Shown: positions 42,663 to 54,838 of the stretch, piece after piece
Position numbering within the stretch: the stretch's first letter is position 1
Layout: each line of letters starts with the position of its first letter
Assembly (NCBI GenBank): GCA_963802945.1
Contig: CAWDKY010000024.1
Coordinates: 1 to 64,000, forward strand
Direction of reading: 5' to 3'
DNA length: 64,000 nucleotides
DNA from: an uncultured delta proteobacterium
GTDB taxonomy: Bacteria; Desulfobacterota; RBG-13-43-22
The notes under the pieces: generated by a model
The model's database searches: none
Told to the model about the DNA's origin: nothing
The model's input: the letters and a program-made list of their open reading frames with translations, nothing else
Made by a program: the position numbers and the translations under genes

Positions 42663-43196
42663 ATGATCTCCCAACGGCCAATACCAAAACAGGAAAAAAT
42701 GGAAAAAGATAAAAAAGCCGGCCCACCTATCAAAGAACGAATCCATAAACCGGATCAGACCGACCGGACCATCCTGAATGAAATTCAGTCCCATTTCCCT
42801 ATTAAGGCCAGGCCTTATCGAGAGATCGGGGAGCGGCTGGGCCTTCCGGAAAAGGAGATCATCTTCAGAGTGAACCGTATGATCAAAGGAGGAATCATAA
42901 GGCGCATTGGGGGCAATTTCAATTCCCGCAAGTTGGGATTCACCAGTACCCTTTGTGCCGCCCGGGTCCCGACTGAAAAAATACCCGATTTTGTTAAAGC
43001 GGTTAATCAATATAGCAGTGTCACCCACAACTATGAAAGAGAGGGGGAGTACAATGTCTGGTTTACCTTTATTGCCGAATCCCAGAAACTGATCGAATCC
43101 TATCTTAAAGAAATTAAACATCGGACTGGGGTCAAGGACTTAATAAATCTTCCGGCAGTGAACATTTTTAAGATTCAGGTTGACTTTGAAGTTTAA
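42663..43196 (+). CDS. ahbA: Siroheme decarboxylase subunit (AhbA/NirD-like, AsnC fold)
   Basis: IQSHFP..RPY, IRRIGGNFNS.KLG..STLCAA, VTHNYER..YNVWFT; start uncertain. Confidence 0.82.
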   Translation: MISQRPIPKQEKMEKDKKAGPPIKERIHKPDQTDRTILNEIQSHFPIKARPYREIGERLGLPEKEIIFRVNRMIKGGIIRRIGGNFNSRKLGFTSTLCAARVPTEKIPDFVKAVNQYSSVTHNYEREGEYNVWFTFIAESQKLIESYLKEIKHRTGVKDLINLPAVNIFKIQVDFEV

Positions 43197-43214
43197 TACA
43201 TTATAAGCAACAGC

Positions 43215-43805
43215 ATGGAAAACCGACTGGAAAACAGGAAAGAGCCTTTAGTTGAAGTCAGTCACATCCCGGAAGGACCTTCCTCGTCCTCTGGATACCA
43301 GCCAAGCTCCACTCAATCCTTATCTTTCAATAAATGGGTTTTAGCCCCCATCCTCCTTTTGGGAATAGCAGGCTTGGTTTTTGGCTTGTGGATGGTCATA
43401 CAATCCGGGGGATTTTCAAGTAAAAAACAAACCGAATCCACAGAAATGACAACCTTAAAAGGAGAAGTTCAGAAATTGAAGGGCGAGTCAGATTCTTTGG
43501 AAAATGAAATCCAATCCTTAAAAGAAGGTCAGAAGGCTTTTGAGGAACAAACCAAAGTTCTTCAAGGGCAAGTCACAGCCCTGAAGGGCCAACTGGCGGG
43601 TTTTGCAAAAAAAAGGGATGCCTTTGAGGATAAAAAACCAGGGTCGAAGGCGGTCGCCTATAAAATAAAAAAGGGAGATACCTTACATTCGATCGCCAAA
43701 AAATTTCGGGTGGGTCCGGATGATCTAAGGCGCTGGAACCGCCTTCCCTTAAAAGGCAACCCAAAACCAGGCCAAATCATAACTATCTATTCCCCTACTC
43801 CCTGA
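43215..43805 (+). CDS. Membrane-anchored coiled-coil LysM protein
   Basis: One TM helix, coiled coil, YKIKKGDTLHSIAKKF..L.RWN. Confidence 0.85.
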   Translation: MENRLENRKEPLVEVSHIPEGPSSSSGYQPSSTQSLSFNKWVLAPILLLGIAGLVFGLWMVIQSGGFSSKKQTESTEMTTLKGEVQKLKGESDSLENEIQSLKEGQKAFEEQTKVLQGQVTALKGQLAGFAKKRDAFEDKKPGSKAVAYKIKKGDTLHSIAKKFRVGPDDLRRWNRLPLKGNPKPGQIITIYSPTP

Positions 43806-44997
43806 ACCCAAACATGACCTTCTCGTAGGGTTCAAACATCATTTGATATAGATCCATGGCATAGCGGTCGGTCATCCCAGAGATATAATCGGCGATGACT
43901 CGGAGGCGGGCCTGTTTGTTCCTGGCCCGTTTAAAACGAAACTTAAAAGCGGTGGGCAGCATGTCCGGTTTTTCTTCTAGATGATGAAATATCCGGGAAA
44001 TAATCATGCGGCCTTTTTCATTCATAATACAAACCTGAGGGCGTCTATACACATTTTCAAAAAGAAAATTTTTCAGCTGATTGAAATTTTCCCAATCCTG
44101 ACTGGGGGCAGTCACAATAGGGATCTTTGCTTTTCTGACATCTTGAAGAGTTTTGATCTTCAGAAGATGCAAGTTCCTACGCGTCTGTTCAATGACCATA
44201 ATATTGGTTTCTTCGATCAGGGTCCGGACCAATAACCTGGACTGGATAATGGTATCGGCATCATTGAACCCGGGGTAGCGATCCCCGCATTTTTTCAACA
44301 CCCGGTCAACCAAAAGGTTTTCCATTTTTGGAATATCATTCATAGATAAATACCCGGCGTTTAAGGCATCCTCCAGGTCATGGGCACAATAGGCTAACGG
44401 ATCAGCGATGTTGACGATCTGGGCTTCCAGGGTGGGGGATGGATATTTTCTGAATTCTTCGGGAACCATTGGTTGATCATAGATCGTGGAATGCCGGGCA
44501 ATGCCCTCCCGGGTCTCAAAGCAAAGATTAAGGCCGTCGTAAGCCTTATATCGTTTTTCCACCAGATCAACGATTCTAAGACTTTGAAGGTTATGTTCGA
44601 ATCCTCCTTCCTTTTTCATGAGCTCGTTTAAGGTGATTTCTCCGGTATGTCCAAAGGGGGCATGCCCAAGGTCATGGGCATAGGCAATGGCTTCGCACAA
44701 ATCCTCATTTAGACGGATGGCCCGGGCCAGGGTCCGGGCATGTTGAGCCACCTCCAGGGTATGGGTTAACCGGGTTCTGTAAAAATCTCCTTCACTGATT
44801 AAAAAAACCTGAGTTTTATACTGGAGATCTTTAAAGGCCTTGGAATAGAGAATTCGATCCCGGTCACGCTGAAAAGCGGTCCTGAAGTTGTCCGGTTCAT
44901 CTCCATGGAGGGTCCGTCCGATACTTTTGGCACTTTTTGAGGCATAAGCGGCCAGAGTTGATTCCTCAATAGCTTCTAACTGCTCTCTAATTTTCAT
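43795..44997 (-). CDS. dgt: dGTP triphosphohydrolase (HD family)
   Basis: FQRDRDRI, KTQVF, RTRLTH, HDLGH.PFGH.GE, DYISGMTD. Confidence 0.93.
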   Translation of the reverse strand: MKIREQLEAIEESTLAAYASKSAKSIGRTLHGDEPDNFRTAFQRDRDRILYSKAFKDLQYKTQVFLISEGDFYRTRLTHTLEVAQHARTLARAIRLNEDLCEAIAYAHDLGHAPFGHTGEITLNELMKKEGGFEHNLQSLRIVDLVEKRYKAYDGLNLCFETREGIARHSTIYDQPMVPEEFRKYPSPTLEAQIVNIADPLAYCAHDLEDALNAGYLSMNDIPKMENLLVDRVLKKCGDRYPGFNDADTIIQSRLLVRTLIEETNIMVIEQTRRNLHLLKIKTLQDVRKAKIPIVTAPSQDWENFNQLKNFLFENVYRRPQVCIMNEKGRMIISRIFHHLEEKPDMLPTAFKFRFKRARNKQARLRVIADYISGMTDRYAMDLYQMMFEPYEKVMFGFRE

Positions 44998-45126
44998 AAA
45001 TTTCCTTTTATTTTGTATGGGTTATATAAATATCTTTTTCCCCTCGGTTCAATTTAAAGCCAATAGGACGGCTAGATATTGTGAATTAATCATATCAGAA
45101 ATGAAGAATAAAAAAAAGTCAGTCAC

Positions 45127-45252
45127 GATGGGTTCGTAAAAGGTCGTCGAAACTCATTTTCGTCATTTCCGTAAAATAAATAATTAAGTAAATTCAAATA
45201 ATTCCAAATAATAGCTCTCGCCAAAGTTACGGCTATTCCGACTTTTTACGAG
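45127..45252. mobile_element. MITE-like element with 13-bp terminal inverted repeats
   Basis: tcgtaaaaggtcg (45134-45146) and cgactttttacga (45239-45251) match 12/13; non-coding AT-rich interior; similar solo end at 52342-52363. Confidence 0.55.
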
Positions 45253-45318
45253 AAAATTTACTAAAAAAATCCATAATATCTTAATTTTGTACTTGAATTT
45301 TAAAATTTTATGCTTATA

Positions 45319-45345
45319 TTAGCACTAAACAAAGGGGAGTGCTAA
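45319..45345 (+). promoter_or_regulatory. CIRCE element (HrcA operator)
   Basis: TTAGCACTA-N9-GAGTGCTAA, one mismatch to consensus, upstream of groES; overlaps TTGAAT-N16-TATATT. Confidence 0.95.
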
Positions 45346-45390
45346 TATATCCCCAAATTTTACAAATTTTATAGGAAGGAGAGTGAAGGT

Positions 45391-47322
<1,932 letters not shown>

Positions 47323-47346
47323 TTCATAATCTGAAAAATGTTTTTC

Positions 47347-47379
47347 AAAAAAGCCCTCTGGTCTCAGGGGGCTTTTTTT
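47347..47379 (+). terminator. Intrinsic terminator after groEL
   Basis: aaaaaagccctctg-gtct-cagggggctttttt. Confidence 0.9.
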
Positions 47380-47452
47380 ATTGTAATTCTCTTGACTTCC
47401 ACCTCCATTTCTGTTAAAAAGTGCCCGATTTCACCTTGTCAGAGAGGGGAAA

Positions 47453-48109
47453 ATGGCCTTACCTGTCGTAGTCGTCATTCTTGGAGCCCTTTTCTTTTGT
47501 CCTTCCTTCCTATGGGCCAAAACCATGTATATTACTGACCGAATCGAAATCAGTCTACGCTCCGGGATCGGATTGGAGTATCGTGTTTTAACCATACTTA
47601 AAACCGGTGATCGGGTTGAGGTCCTTGAAGGAGATAAAAACTGGTCGAAGGTCAAACTGCCCGATGGAATGACAGGCTGGATCAACACTCGCTTTTTAGT
47701 GGATCAAGTCAAGATGGTTCCTTCTGTGGATCCTAAAATACAGGAAGAACTGCGTGGAGTAAAAGAAAGCAGTCAAAGTTTGGCCAGGGAAAAAGAAATT
47801 CTCATTCAGGAAAAAACCAGATATCTTAAAGAAATTGAAGAAACCAAAAATCAGATTCATTCCCTTCAACAGGAAAAAAACAAGCGGATTTCCCCTGAAC
47901 TTATTGCCCTTAAAACAAAGAATGAACAATTAGACAAGGAAGTCGCCATTTATAAAAAACAAATTGACAATATTAACCAAAAGGACAAAGGGCAACATAT
48001 CGAAGAACAGATCAAATGGTTTTTAATCGGGGCCGGTGTGTTGGTTGCGGGATTGTTGCTAGGTTGGGTTTTGAGCCGGGGCCGCCGCAAACCGCATCGG
48101 TACTATTGA
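47453..48109 (+). CDS. SH3-domain coiled-coil membrane protein (YgiM/TIGR04211-like)
   Basis: Signal peptide, YITD...LRSG, GWI..RFL, coiled coil, C-terminal WFLIGAGV TM. Confidence 0.85.
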   Translation: MALPVVVVILGALFFCPSFLWAKTMYITDRIEISLRSGIGLEYRVLTILKTGDRVEVLEGDKNWSKVKLPDGMTGWINTRFLVDQVKMVPSVDPKIQEELRGVKESSQSLAREKEILIQEKTRYLKEIEETKNQIHSLQQEKNKRISPELIALKTKNEQLDKEVAIYKKQIDNINQKDKGQHIEEQIKWFLIGAGVLVAGLLLGWVLSRGRRKPHRYY

Positions 48110-48362
48110 GCCTCTTGGAAAAGTATATTTCTAACAGATAAACCCCGGCGTTACGGAGGGTTATTTAATTTTAAATTTGAGACCGGAAATACCGTCGACT
48201 TTTTCATCTTCCCCCAAAAGTCATTTTAGCTAAACCCAACATTGAAACCTCAAAGTTTGCCCTCTTCCGGGCCCATTATTTTTATATTCGAACGGCTTAG
48301 ATATGGGTTGATTTCTGGTGGAGTCCTTGGGGGAGACAAGAAAGTAATTGGAGGAATTAAAG

Positions 48363-49808
48363 ATGGATAAAAAAACTGGACTTCACATGACCGCCGAGGA
48401 ATTCCGACGAAACGGTCGGGCGGTTGTGGATTGGATCGCTGATTATTATCAAAACATCGAAACTTTCCCGGTCCTTTCCCAGGCTCAACCCGGGCAAATT
48501 CGTGATTCCCTCCCCAAGGAGCCACCCTTGAAAGGGGAAAGTTTTGAAGCCATCCTTCAGGATGTCAGCCGACTGATTATGCCGGGGATCACCCACTGGC
48601 AGTCCCCGAACTTCTTTGCTTTTTTTCCGGCCAACACCTCCGGCCCCTCTATTTTAGGGGAGCTGCTTTCGGCCGGACTTGGGGTTCAGGGTATGTTGTG
48701 GGCCACCAGTCCAGCCTGTACCGAATTGGAAACCCATGTCTTGGACTGGCTGGCAGAGATGCTGGGATTGCCCGGTAAGTTCAAATCCAGCGGAAAAGGC
48801 GGCGGGGTGATTCAGGATACGGCTTCTAGTGCTTCACTAACCGCCTTGCTGGCAGCCCGCGAGAGGGCCACCGGATTTCAGACCAACCAACAGGGTTGCG
48901 ATGGGCGAATTACGGCTTACACATCGACCCAGGCCCATTCTTCCATCGAAAAAGCGGTCAAAATAGCCGGCTTGGGGGTGAAGAACCTTCGGCTCATCGA
49001 GGTGGATGAAGGATTTGCCATGCAACCCCAGGCCCTGGCCCGGCAGATCGGGTTGGACCGTCAAGCGGGTTTGATCCCTTGTTTTGTTTCCGTCACCGCA
49101 GGAACGACTTCTTCCAATGCCCTGGATCCATTGCCCGAGATTGGAAGGATTTGCCGACAGGAAAGGCTGTGGCTTCATGTGGACGGGGCGATGTCCGGTA
49201 CCGCCGCCCTTTGTCCCGAATATCGGTATATCCTTGACGGGTTGGAATCGGCAGACAGCTTCTGTTTCAATCCTCACAAATGGATGTTCACCAATTTCGA
49301 TTGTGACTGCTTTTATGTGGCCGACCGGGAAACCCTAATCAACACCTTCAGCATACTGCCGGAGTATTTACGAAATAAGGCCTCCGAGTCAGGGGCGGTC
49401 ATTGATTATCGGGATTGGCACATCCAATTGGGAAGGCGATTTCGTTCTTTAAAGTTATGGTTTGTTCTTCGTCATTATGGAATCGAGGGCCTGCAATATC
49501 TCGTAAGAAAGCATATTGAACTGGCCCAATCCTTTGCCCAGTGGGTTCAAGCGGACGACCGCTTTGAATTGGCCACTCCGGCCCCTTTGAATCTGGTATG
49601 TTTTCGGATGAAGAGTGATGATGATCGAAACCAACAATTACTGGAACGGCTGAACCAGAGCGGGAGTCTTTACCTATCCCATACCGTACTCAACGGCCGA
49701 TACACCCTCCGTTTCTGCGTCGGTCAAACCCATACAGAAGAGCGCCATGTTGTTCAGGCCTGGAAAAAGATTCAGGAAACGGCCACAGATCTCCTGAGAC
49801 AAGCATAA
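48363..49808 (+). CDS. Aromatic L-amino acid decarboxylase family (PLP group II)
   Basis: THWQSPNFFAFFP, SPACTELE, AHSSIEKA, HVDGA, NPHKW, LGRRFRSLKLW. Confidence 0.92.
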   Translation: MDKKTGLHMTAEEFRRNGRAVVDWIADYYQNIETFPVLSQAQPGQIRDSLPKEPPLKGESFEAILQDVSRLIMPGITHWQSPNFFAFFPANTSGPSILGELLSAGLGVQGMLWATSPACTELETHVLDWLAEMLGLPGKFKSSGKGGGVIQDTASSASLTALLAARERATGFQTNQQGCDGRITAYTSTQAHSSIEKAVKIAGLGVKNLRLIEVDEGFAMQPQALARQIGLDRQAGLIPCFVSVTAGTTSSNALDPLPEIGRICRQERLWLHVDGAMSGTAALCPEYRYILDGLESADSFCFNPHKWMFTNFDCDCFYVADRETLINTFSILPEYLRNKASESGAVIDYRDWHIQLGRRFRSLKLWFVLRHYGIEGLQYLVRKHIELAQSFAQWVQADDRFELATPAPLNLVCFRMKSDDDRNQQLLERLNQSGSLYLSHTVLNGRYTLRFCVGQTHTEERHVVQAWKKIQETATDLLRQA

Positions 49809-49844
49809 CTCTGATGACGAAAGTGTGGCGGGAGAAATCCTCCT

Positions 49845-52212
49845 TTATTCCAATCGGGCTATGGTGGCCCCTTCCCCTCCCTCGGAACGATCCCCCTTCC
49901 GGAATTCTTTCACCAGCGGATGCCTTTTTAAATAGTCACGCACCGCCCTGGCCAGAATACCTGTACCGATGCCATGGACTAACGTGACTTCTTGCAGACC
50001 GGCCAAAGAGGCATGATTCAAAAAAGGTTCAATCAGGGAAAGGGCATCATCAACCCTTTGGCCGATCAGATTGATTTGGGAAGGGACCGCCTCTCGGGAA
50101 TCCAAAATCAATGAGGTTGTTTTTTTATCCGGTCTTGCTTGGCCTCCCTGGAATCCAACATCCGAAATGGGGACCTCGATTTCTCTGCCCTCAGCCAGCA
50201 CCTTTAAACGGTTCTGTTTTAACAATACGGATAGAACCTCGGCATCAGAGCTTAAGGAGCGGATAAAAATATGATCTCCTTCCTGGAGAGATTCTATAGC
50301 CGGGCCGTTCTCGATAGCGCCTTTGGTTTCCCGCAGTTTCTTAGACAGGGCCGCTTCTTCTTCCCTTAATTTTTGAAGGGCCAGCCGCCGGTCGGCCTTG
50401 TCCTTTTTTTTGATGTCTTCCAGGAAAAGATTCATTTGCCGTTTGGTTCGAGACGTAATTTCCAAGGCCTCCTGATAGGCCTTAGCCAGGGTCTCCTTTT
50501 GCTGCCTTTCCGTATCTGAAACCACCTTTTCTATTTTCAGATTTTCCTCGGCGACGAGATTTTTAAGCCTTCTTAATTCCTCAAGGCCTGTTTCGTATTC
50601 CCTTCTTTTTTGGTTCAGATCGGCTACTAATTGTTCGAAATCTTTCTTCACGTCCTGTCAACAGCCGTTGGGCCGATTCCAGGATCGGTTCCGGCAGACC
50701 GTACTGCCTGGCAATGTCAATGGCATGGGACTGGCCCGGCTCACCCATCCGCAGTCGATACAAAGGGGTAAGCGTCTTTTGATCGAACTCCATAGAGGCA
50801 TTGACCATCCCCTCAGTACGATGAACAAACCCTTTGATTTCGGTCAAATGAGTAGTGGCCATCACCAGGGCCCCTTTGTCCTGTAGATTTTTCAACACAG
50901 CACAGGCAATGGCCGCCCCTTCCACCGGGTCCGTACTGGTTCCCAGTTCATCCATCAGGACCAGGGTCTTTTCGTCGGCCTGATTGATGATGTGGGTAAT
51001 CCTGGAGATATGGGCTGAAAAGGTTGACAGACTGCTTTCAATGGATTGTTCGTCCCCGATATCGACCAGTAAACTGTCATACAATGGAAAACTTGAAGCC
51101 GAATCAGCCGGAACCGGCATACCGGATAAGGCCATAAGCAGGAGCAGTCCGGTGGTTTTGAGGGCGATGGTCTTCCCGCCGGCATTGACACCGGTAATGA
51201 CCATCACTGTGGAGTCGCCACCTAGTTCAAGAGTCAGAGGAACGACCTGTTTCTGCGGCCCTTTTTTTTCAAAGGAAAGGGCAAGCAATGGATGACGGGC
51301 CTTGATCAGCCTTATCCCGCCTCCCTCATGGACCTCCGGTGTCTCCATATGAAGGCGGTCGGCCAGATGAGCTAGGCAGGCCAGGAGATCAAGGTGGACC
51401 AGGACTTCTTGCTCGGTTTCTATTTCATCGGCCCTTTGGCGAACCATGGTGGAAAGTTCCCGAAGGATGCGGATCACCTCGGCCTTTTCCTCGGCCAAAA
51501 GATTTTCCAATTGGTTAGCCAGGCTGATGATATTCAAGGGTTCAACAAATGCGGTCTCCCCTGTCCTTGATACATCATGGACCACTCCCGGAATCTGAGT
51601 TTTAGAATCCATACGCACCGGGATGACCCAGCGGCCGGACCGTTGAGTGATGAAATCATCCTGTAAAAATGTGGCTACCCGAGGTTCCCGGACGACATCT
51701 TCCAATTTCCTCCGGATCTGGGCCTCCAGTTGCCAAATCTCTTTTCGCAATTCAGACAGCAAAGGAGAAGCTCGATCTAGGATATTTCCTTCATGATCCA
51801 GGGCCCTTTCCAGAAAGGCCAGCAGTTCAGGAAAACCCTTCAAATTCTTGGTCAGGTTTTTTATATGGGGAATTTCTTCGGCCTCTTTGATTTGGACGGC
51901 TATGGCCGAGGATAATTGTAACAGGGGTAAAAAGGCCGAAAGCTCCAAAGGGTCCAGGACCGCCCCAATGGGTCGGGCTTTTTCCAGAAACGGTTTCAGA
52001 TCGGCAAAAGAAAAGATTTGGAGAGGTCGGCCTTCCGCGGAAAGTCTTCGGAGTTCTTCCACCAGGCGTTGTCTCTGGATAATGTCGGGCAGGTTTCGAT
52101 AAGGGCGAATATCCGAAATGGCCTTCTGTGTGACCGGGCAATGGGCCTGCGCGGAAATGGTGTGTAGGAGTTTAGGGTATTCCAACAGGTCAAGAGAATT
52201 TTCAGAAATCAT
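49845..52212 (-). CDS. mutS2: MutS2 with Smr domain, +1 frameshift near 50652
   Basis: ITGVNAGGKT, DIGDEQSI, DELG..TDP.EG, TTH, HGIGTG.L, EGGEGAT. Confidence 0.95.
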
Positions 52213-52229
52213 AAGATCGTTACCTTATA

Positions 52230-52363
52230 AAGGGGTGAAGGATTTGAGGGTTCAAGGATTCAAGTGAAAACCAAGTAAACAGCAAACCCCCATTCCTCTT
52301 TTGCTAATATTCCTTAGTCCGAAATCCTTTCATCCTCTGATGGATTTTTTACGAGGCCGTCAA
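52230..52363. repeat. Octamer repeat with inverted arm plus a solo MITE-like end
   Basis: aggggtga aggatttg agggttca aggattca agtgaaa ... gaaatccttt ... ggattttttacgaggccgtcaa. Confidence 0.7.
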
Positions 52364-52449
52364 TAATATCTTGCAAACAAGTCACGCAGCTTATACAAAG
52401 AGTATGAAATAAATCTCTTGGAAAGGCAATAAGAAAGCCGTTTTTCTTT

Positions 52450-52992
52450 ATGAATGAGCCATTAGGAATAGAATATCTGGAAGTGGTGGATGAAGACAAC
52501 CAGATCGTTGGGAATTCGGGTCGAAAAGAAATCCATGAAAAAGGATTACGCCATCGCTCAGTCCACATCTTCATCTTCAACACCCATGGAGAACTGTATC
52601 TTCAAAAACGATCTTCTCAAAAGGACCAGTACCCGGAACATTGGGATACATCTGCCGCCGGTCACACCGATCCTGGAGAAACGCCTATCGAGGCGGCTCA
52701 AAAGGAGTTGCTGGAAGAACTGGGGCTGAATGTGCCACTAAAAGAGGTGCTTCAATATCCGGCTTGCTTGGAAACCGGTTGGGAATTCGTCACCCTCTTT
52801 TCAGCCCGAACCGATGATCCCATTCATCTCAATCTGGAAGAAGCTACTACCGGCGACTATTTTACATCCGATCAAGTGGCCCAATTATTGGCCGATCCCC
52901 TTCAACAAATCGCCCCTGGCTTTCGGCTATTGTATGCACTTTTTCGAAGCAGATATTCTAGACAAGTGGACCCTTCAACAAAAATAACTTGA
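52450..52992 (+). CDS. NUDIX hydrolase (Idi/YfcD-like)
   Basis: HRSVHIFIFN, LQKRS..KD..P..WD, GH..PGE....AA.KEL.EELG. Confidence 0.9.
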   Translation: MNEPLGIEYLEVVDEDNQIVGNSGRKEIHEKGLRHRSVHIFIFNTHGELYLQKRSSQKDQYPEHWDTSAAGHTDPGETPIEAAQKELLEELGLNVPLKEVLQYPACLETGWEFVTLFSARTDDPIHLNLEEATTGDYFTSDQVAQLLADPLQQIAPGFRLLYALFRSRYSRQVDPSTKIT

Positions 52993-53262
52993 AATATTAA
53001 ATAGTTTTGGTATCTTAAACAAATGACCGACCAATCCCTTTTCCTTTTGCTTATAAACTGGGTGTTCTATGGACACAATTTTTGTTTTAATAAATTTAGC
53101 CGTTCTGTTTACCATCGCTTTACATTACAATCGAGTGCTTGAATCTACTGCAACGATCATCCCTGGAAACAACTGGCATTCTGAGGTGGTATATCAGACC
53201 CAGTTCGGTCATGATTATGTTGGGTGAAAGATAGAACGTCAAAATAAAAAAGTTGAATAAAT

Positions 53263-54231
53263 ATGATTAAATTTGAATTAGAGCCCAACAAGAAAAATAT
53301 TTCAGACGAAGAATTAATCACAGACTTAAGGCAAATCGCTTCCAATTTAAAAACAGATTCATTAACCCAAAGAGAATATAAGAATCATGGTAAATTTGGA
53401 GTCTCCATCTTTTGGTACAGATTTAACAGTTGGTCTAGGGCGTTGGCAAAAGCAGGGCTAAAAAGCAGTAGAAGTAGATCACGAATTAGCATAAAAGATA
53501 CAGAATTAATTGCGGATTTAAAAAGGGTTTCTTTTGAGCTAAAAAATGATTCTGTTACTAGAGGTGAATATAACAAGCATGGGAAATTTCATAGTGCAAC
53601 ACTTGAGGATAGATTTGGTTCTTGGATAAAGGCAAAAGAAAAAGCAGGGTTAAAAAGGAGAGATCATCCAAGTATATCAGATGAGGAATATTTTAAAAAT
53701 TTAGAGGAGGTTTGGATAAAACTTAGTAAACAACCACATTTTTCAGATATGAAAATACCATTTTCTAAATATTCAGGAAGTGGTTATGTGCATAATTTTG
53801 GCACTTGGCGAAAAGCACTTGAACGATTTATTGAGTATATCAATAAAGAAGAAGAAACGACAACTAAGGATGAAAATTCTATTAATATTGAAGAGAATGA
53901 ACCCCTTCAAACACCAATTATAGTATATCCTAATAAAAAAATAGTTTCTGAGTCTGTAAATAAAACACCATTAACCAGGAGACCAAAATCATCGCGAGAA
54001 CCTATAAATAAACACCGAACTAAAAGGGAAGTTAATGATAAACTTAGATTTAGGATTATGAAAAGAGATAATTTTAAATGTCAATGCTGTGGCAGATCTC
54101 CAGCGCTCGACCCTAAAATAATATTACACGTTGATCACATAACCCCTTGGTCAAAAGGTGGTGAAACTACTTTTGAAAATCTTAAAACTCTTTGTTCAAA
54201 CTGCAATATAGGTAAGGGGAACTTAGAATAA
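53263..54231 (+). CDS. HNH endonuclease with three N-terminal homing-endonuclease-associated repeats
   Basis: Three copies of IS/KDxELxxDL..EY..HGKF......RF.SW..A (third degenerate); C-terminal RDNFKCQCCG..HVDHI.PWSKGG..NL..LC..CN; strongly AT-rich. Confidence 0.88.
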   Translation: MIKFELEPNKKNISDEELITDLRQIASNLKTDSLTQREYKNHGKFGVSIFWYRFNSWSRALAKAGLKSSRSRSRISIKDTELIADLKRVSFELKNDSVTRGEYNKHGKFHSATLEDRFGSWIKAKEKAGLKRRDHPSISDEEYFKNLEEVWIKLSKQPHFSDMKIPFSKYSGSGYVHNFGTWRKALERFIEYINKEEETTTKDENSINIEENEPLQTPIIVYPNKKIVSESVNKTPLTRRPKSSREPINKHRTKREVNDKLRFRIMKRDNFKCQCCGRSPALDPKIILHVDHITPWSKGGETTFENLKTLCSNCNIGKGNLE

Positions 54232-54387
54232 AGCGAACTTACATCCTCACCATCCTTGTCTCCGGCAGAAAAATGACATGGGATTAAAGATCAAGCCAAG
54301 GGAAAAGATGGTGCTCCGCCCATCGCTGTCCCCTTTTTAACTTTTTTAATAATTTTGTAGTATGAAACCTACTTATGAGGTGTAAAA

Positions 54388-54726
54388 ATGGAACATAAAG
54401 ATTGCATTGACCTTAATATAGACGTTTCAAAGATAAAGAACTACGAGGAATACAGAGCGTTGTGGCAACGGTTGGGGAAGATTGAGATCAAAATGGTGGA
54501 AAAGCATGAAGAGTGTCGGCATGATGTGGGAGATACCTTCTTCTACGACAATCCTTATAAGAGGCCGAAGGATGTTTGTGAAGCCTTGCTCCATGTATTG
54601 GATTTATATGTTTGGCGGGTCGCCTTGGGTTTTCCTTCCTGGAACAGTTCCAACAGAAAAGTTTTCAAGCTTCATTGTCCCGATCCCAAGGGAACGGTCT
54701 GGGAGATGAGAAAAATCAAAGGATGA
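54388..54726 (+). CDS. TIGR04076-like small Cys-containing protein
   Basis: ECRHDVGDTF..VC..LLH..CPDP pattern. Confidence 0.6.
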   Translation: MEHKDCIDLNIDVSKIKNYEEYRALWQRLGKIEIKMVEKHEECRHDVGDTFFYDNPYKRPKDVCEALLHVLDLYVWRVALGFPSWNSSNRKVFKLHCPDPKGTVWEMRKIKG

Positions 54727-54838
54727 TATTCGTGCTGAAAGGGGTTTAACCTGAGCCATGTTTGTTCAAACCCATAAAGAAATTCATTTTTAAGAAAACC
54801 GCTACTGAGCTTATAGGAAAAAATAGGAAGGAAACCAT

